Below are positions 55,896 through 55,938 of a DNA stretch of 55,938 nt, piece after piece. The position numbers and the translations under genes are program-made. The first letter of the stretch is position 1. Every line of letters begins with the position of its first letter. The stretch is taken from the NCBI GenBank assembly GCA_964396705.1, contig CAYNHC010000001.1, positions 1 through 55,938 on the forward strand, given 5' to 3'. The notes below the pieces were generated by a model. It was not told the origin of the DNA. It made no database searches and saw nothing but the letters and a program-made list of their open reading frames with translations. This DNA is from an uncultured Paludibacter sp. GTDB taxonomy: Bacteria > Bacteroidota > Bacteroidia > Bacteroidales > Paludibacteraceae.

Positions 55896-55938
55896 ATGAA
55901 AATCAATTACTTTTTCAAACCTTTAATGGTTCTGTTCC
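55896..55938 (+). CDS. Start of next exported protein (partial, runs off the right edge)
   Basis: ATG after an A-rich tract; MKINYFFKPLMVLF... looks like a signal peptide. Confidence 0.6.
   Translation, partial: MKINYFFKPLMVLF

Noticed and set aside
1-55938. CRISPR arrays, tRNA/rRNA, IS elements, integrases, invertible promoters
   Set aside because: No regularly spaced repeats, RNA-gene signatures, recombinase ORFs or long inverted repeats flanking a promoter were seen by eye; a covariance-model search was not possible.

Overview
The window is almost entirely one very large Bacteroidota polysaccharide-utilisation locus (PUL). AT-rich translation starts, Sec signals cleaving before Gln and type IX secretion (T9SS) C-terminal domains point to a T9SS-bearing Bacteroidales organism. 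The core is an ECF sigma / FecR anti-sigma / SusC transducer / SusD set (6559-13875). About 20 co-oriented genes follow: three GH31s, two GH92s, GH3, GH2 beta-mannosidase, GH78, GH97, GH63-like, GH28-like, an unclassified clan GH-A-like enzyme, two esterases, an alkaline-phosphatase-superfamily protein, a secreted CotH kinase, two CBM9-like T9SS proteins and a beta-propeller/Ig/PA14 T9SS protein. A fourth, multimodular T9SS GH31 is divergently encoded. The strongest signal read directly from the DNA is a bipartite motif, TGTCCA(G/T)AT-N13/14-TCTCA, found six times. Every copy is intergenic and sense-oriented at an apparent transcription-unit start, including the sigma gene itself, so it is very likely the cognate ECF promoter. 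Other highlights: a CotH kinase with its own copy of this promoter, an exo-glycosidase block matching the linkages of Psl-like bacterial exopolysaccharide, a 31-aa membrane microprotein missed by the ORF track, and two gene relics. No RNA genes, CRISPR arrays or transposases were seen. Family calls come from motif recognition only; no database searches were run.
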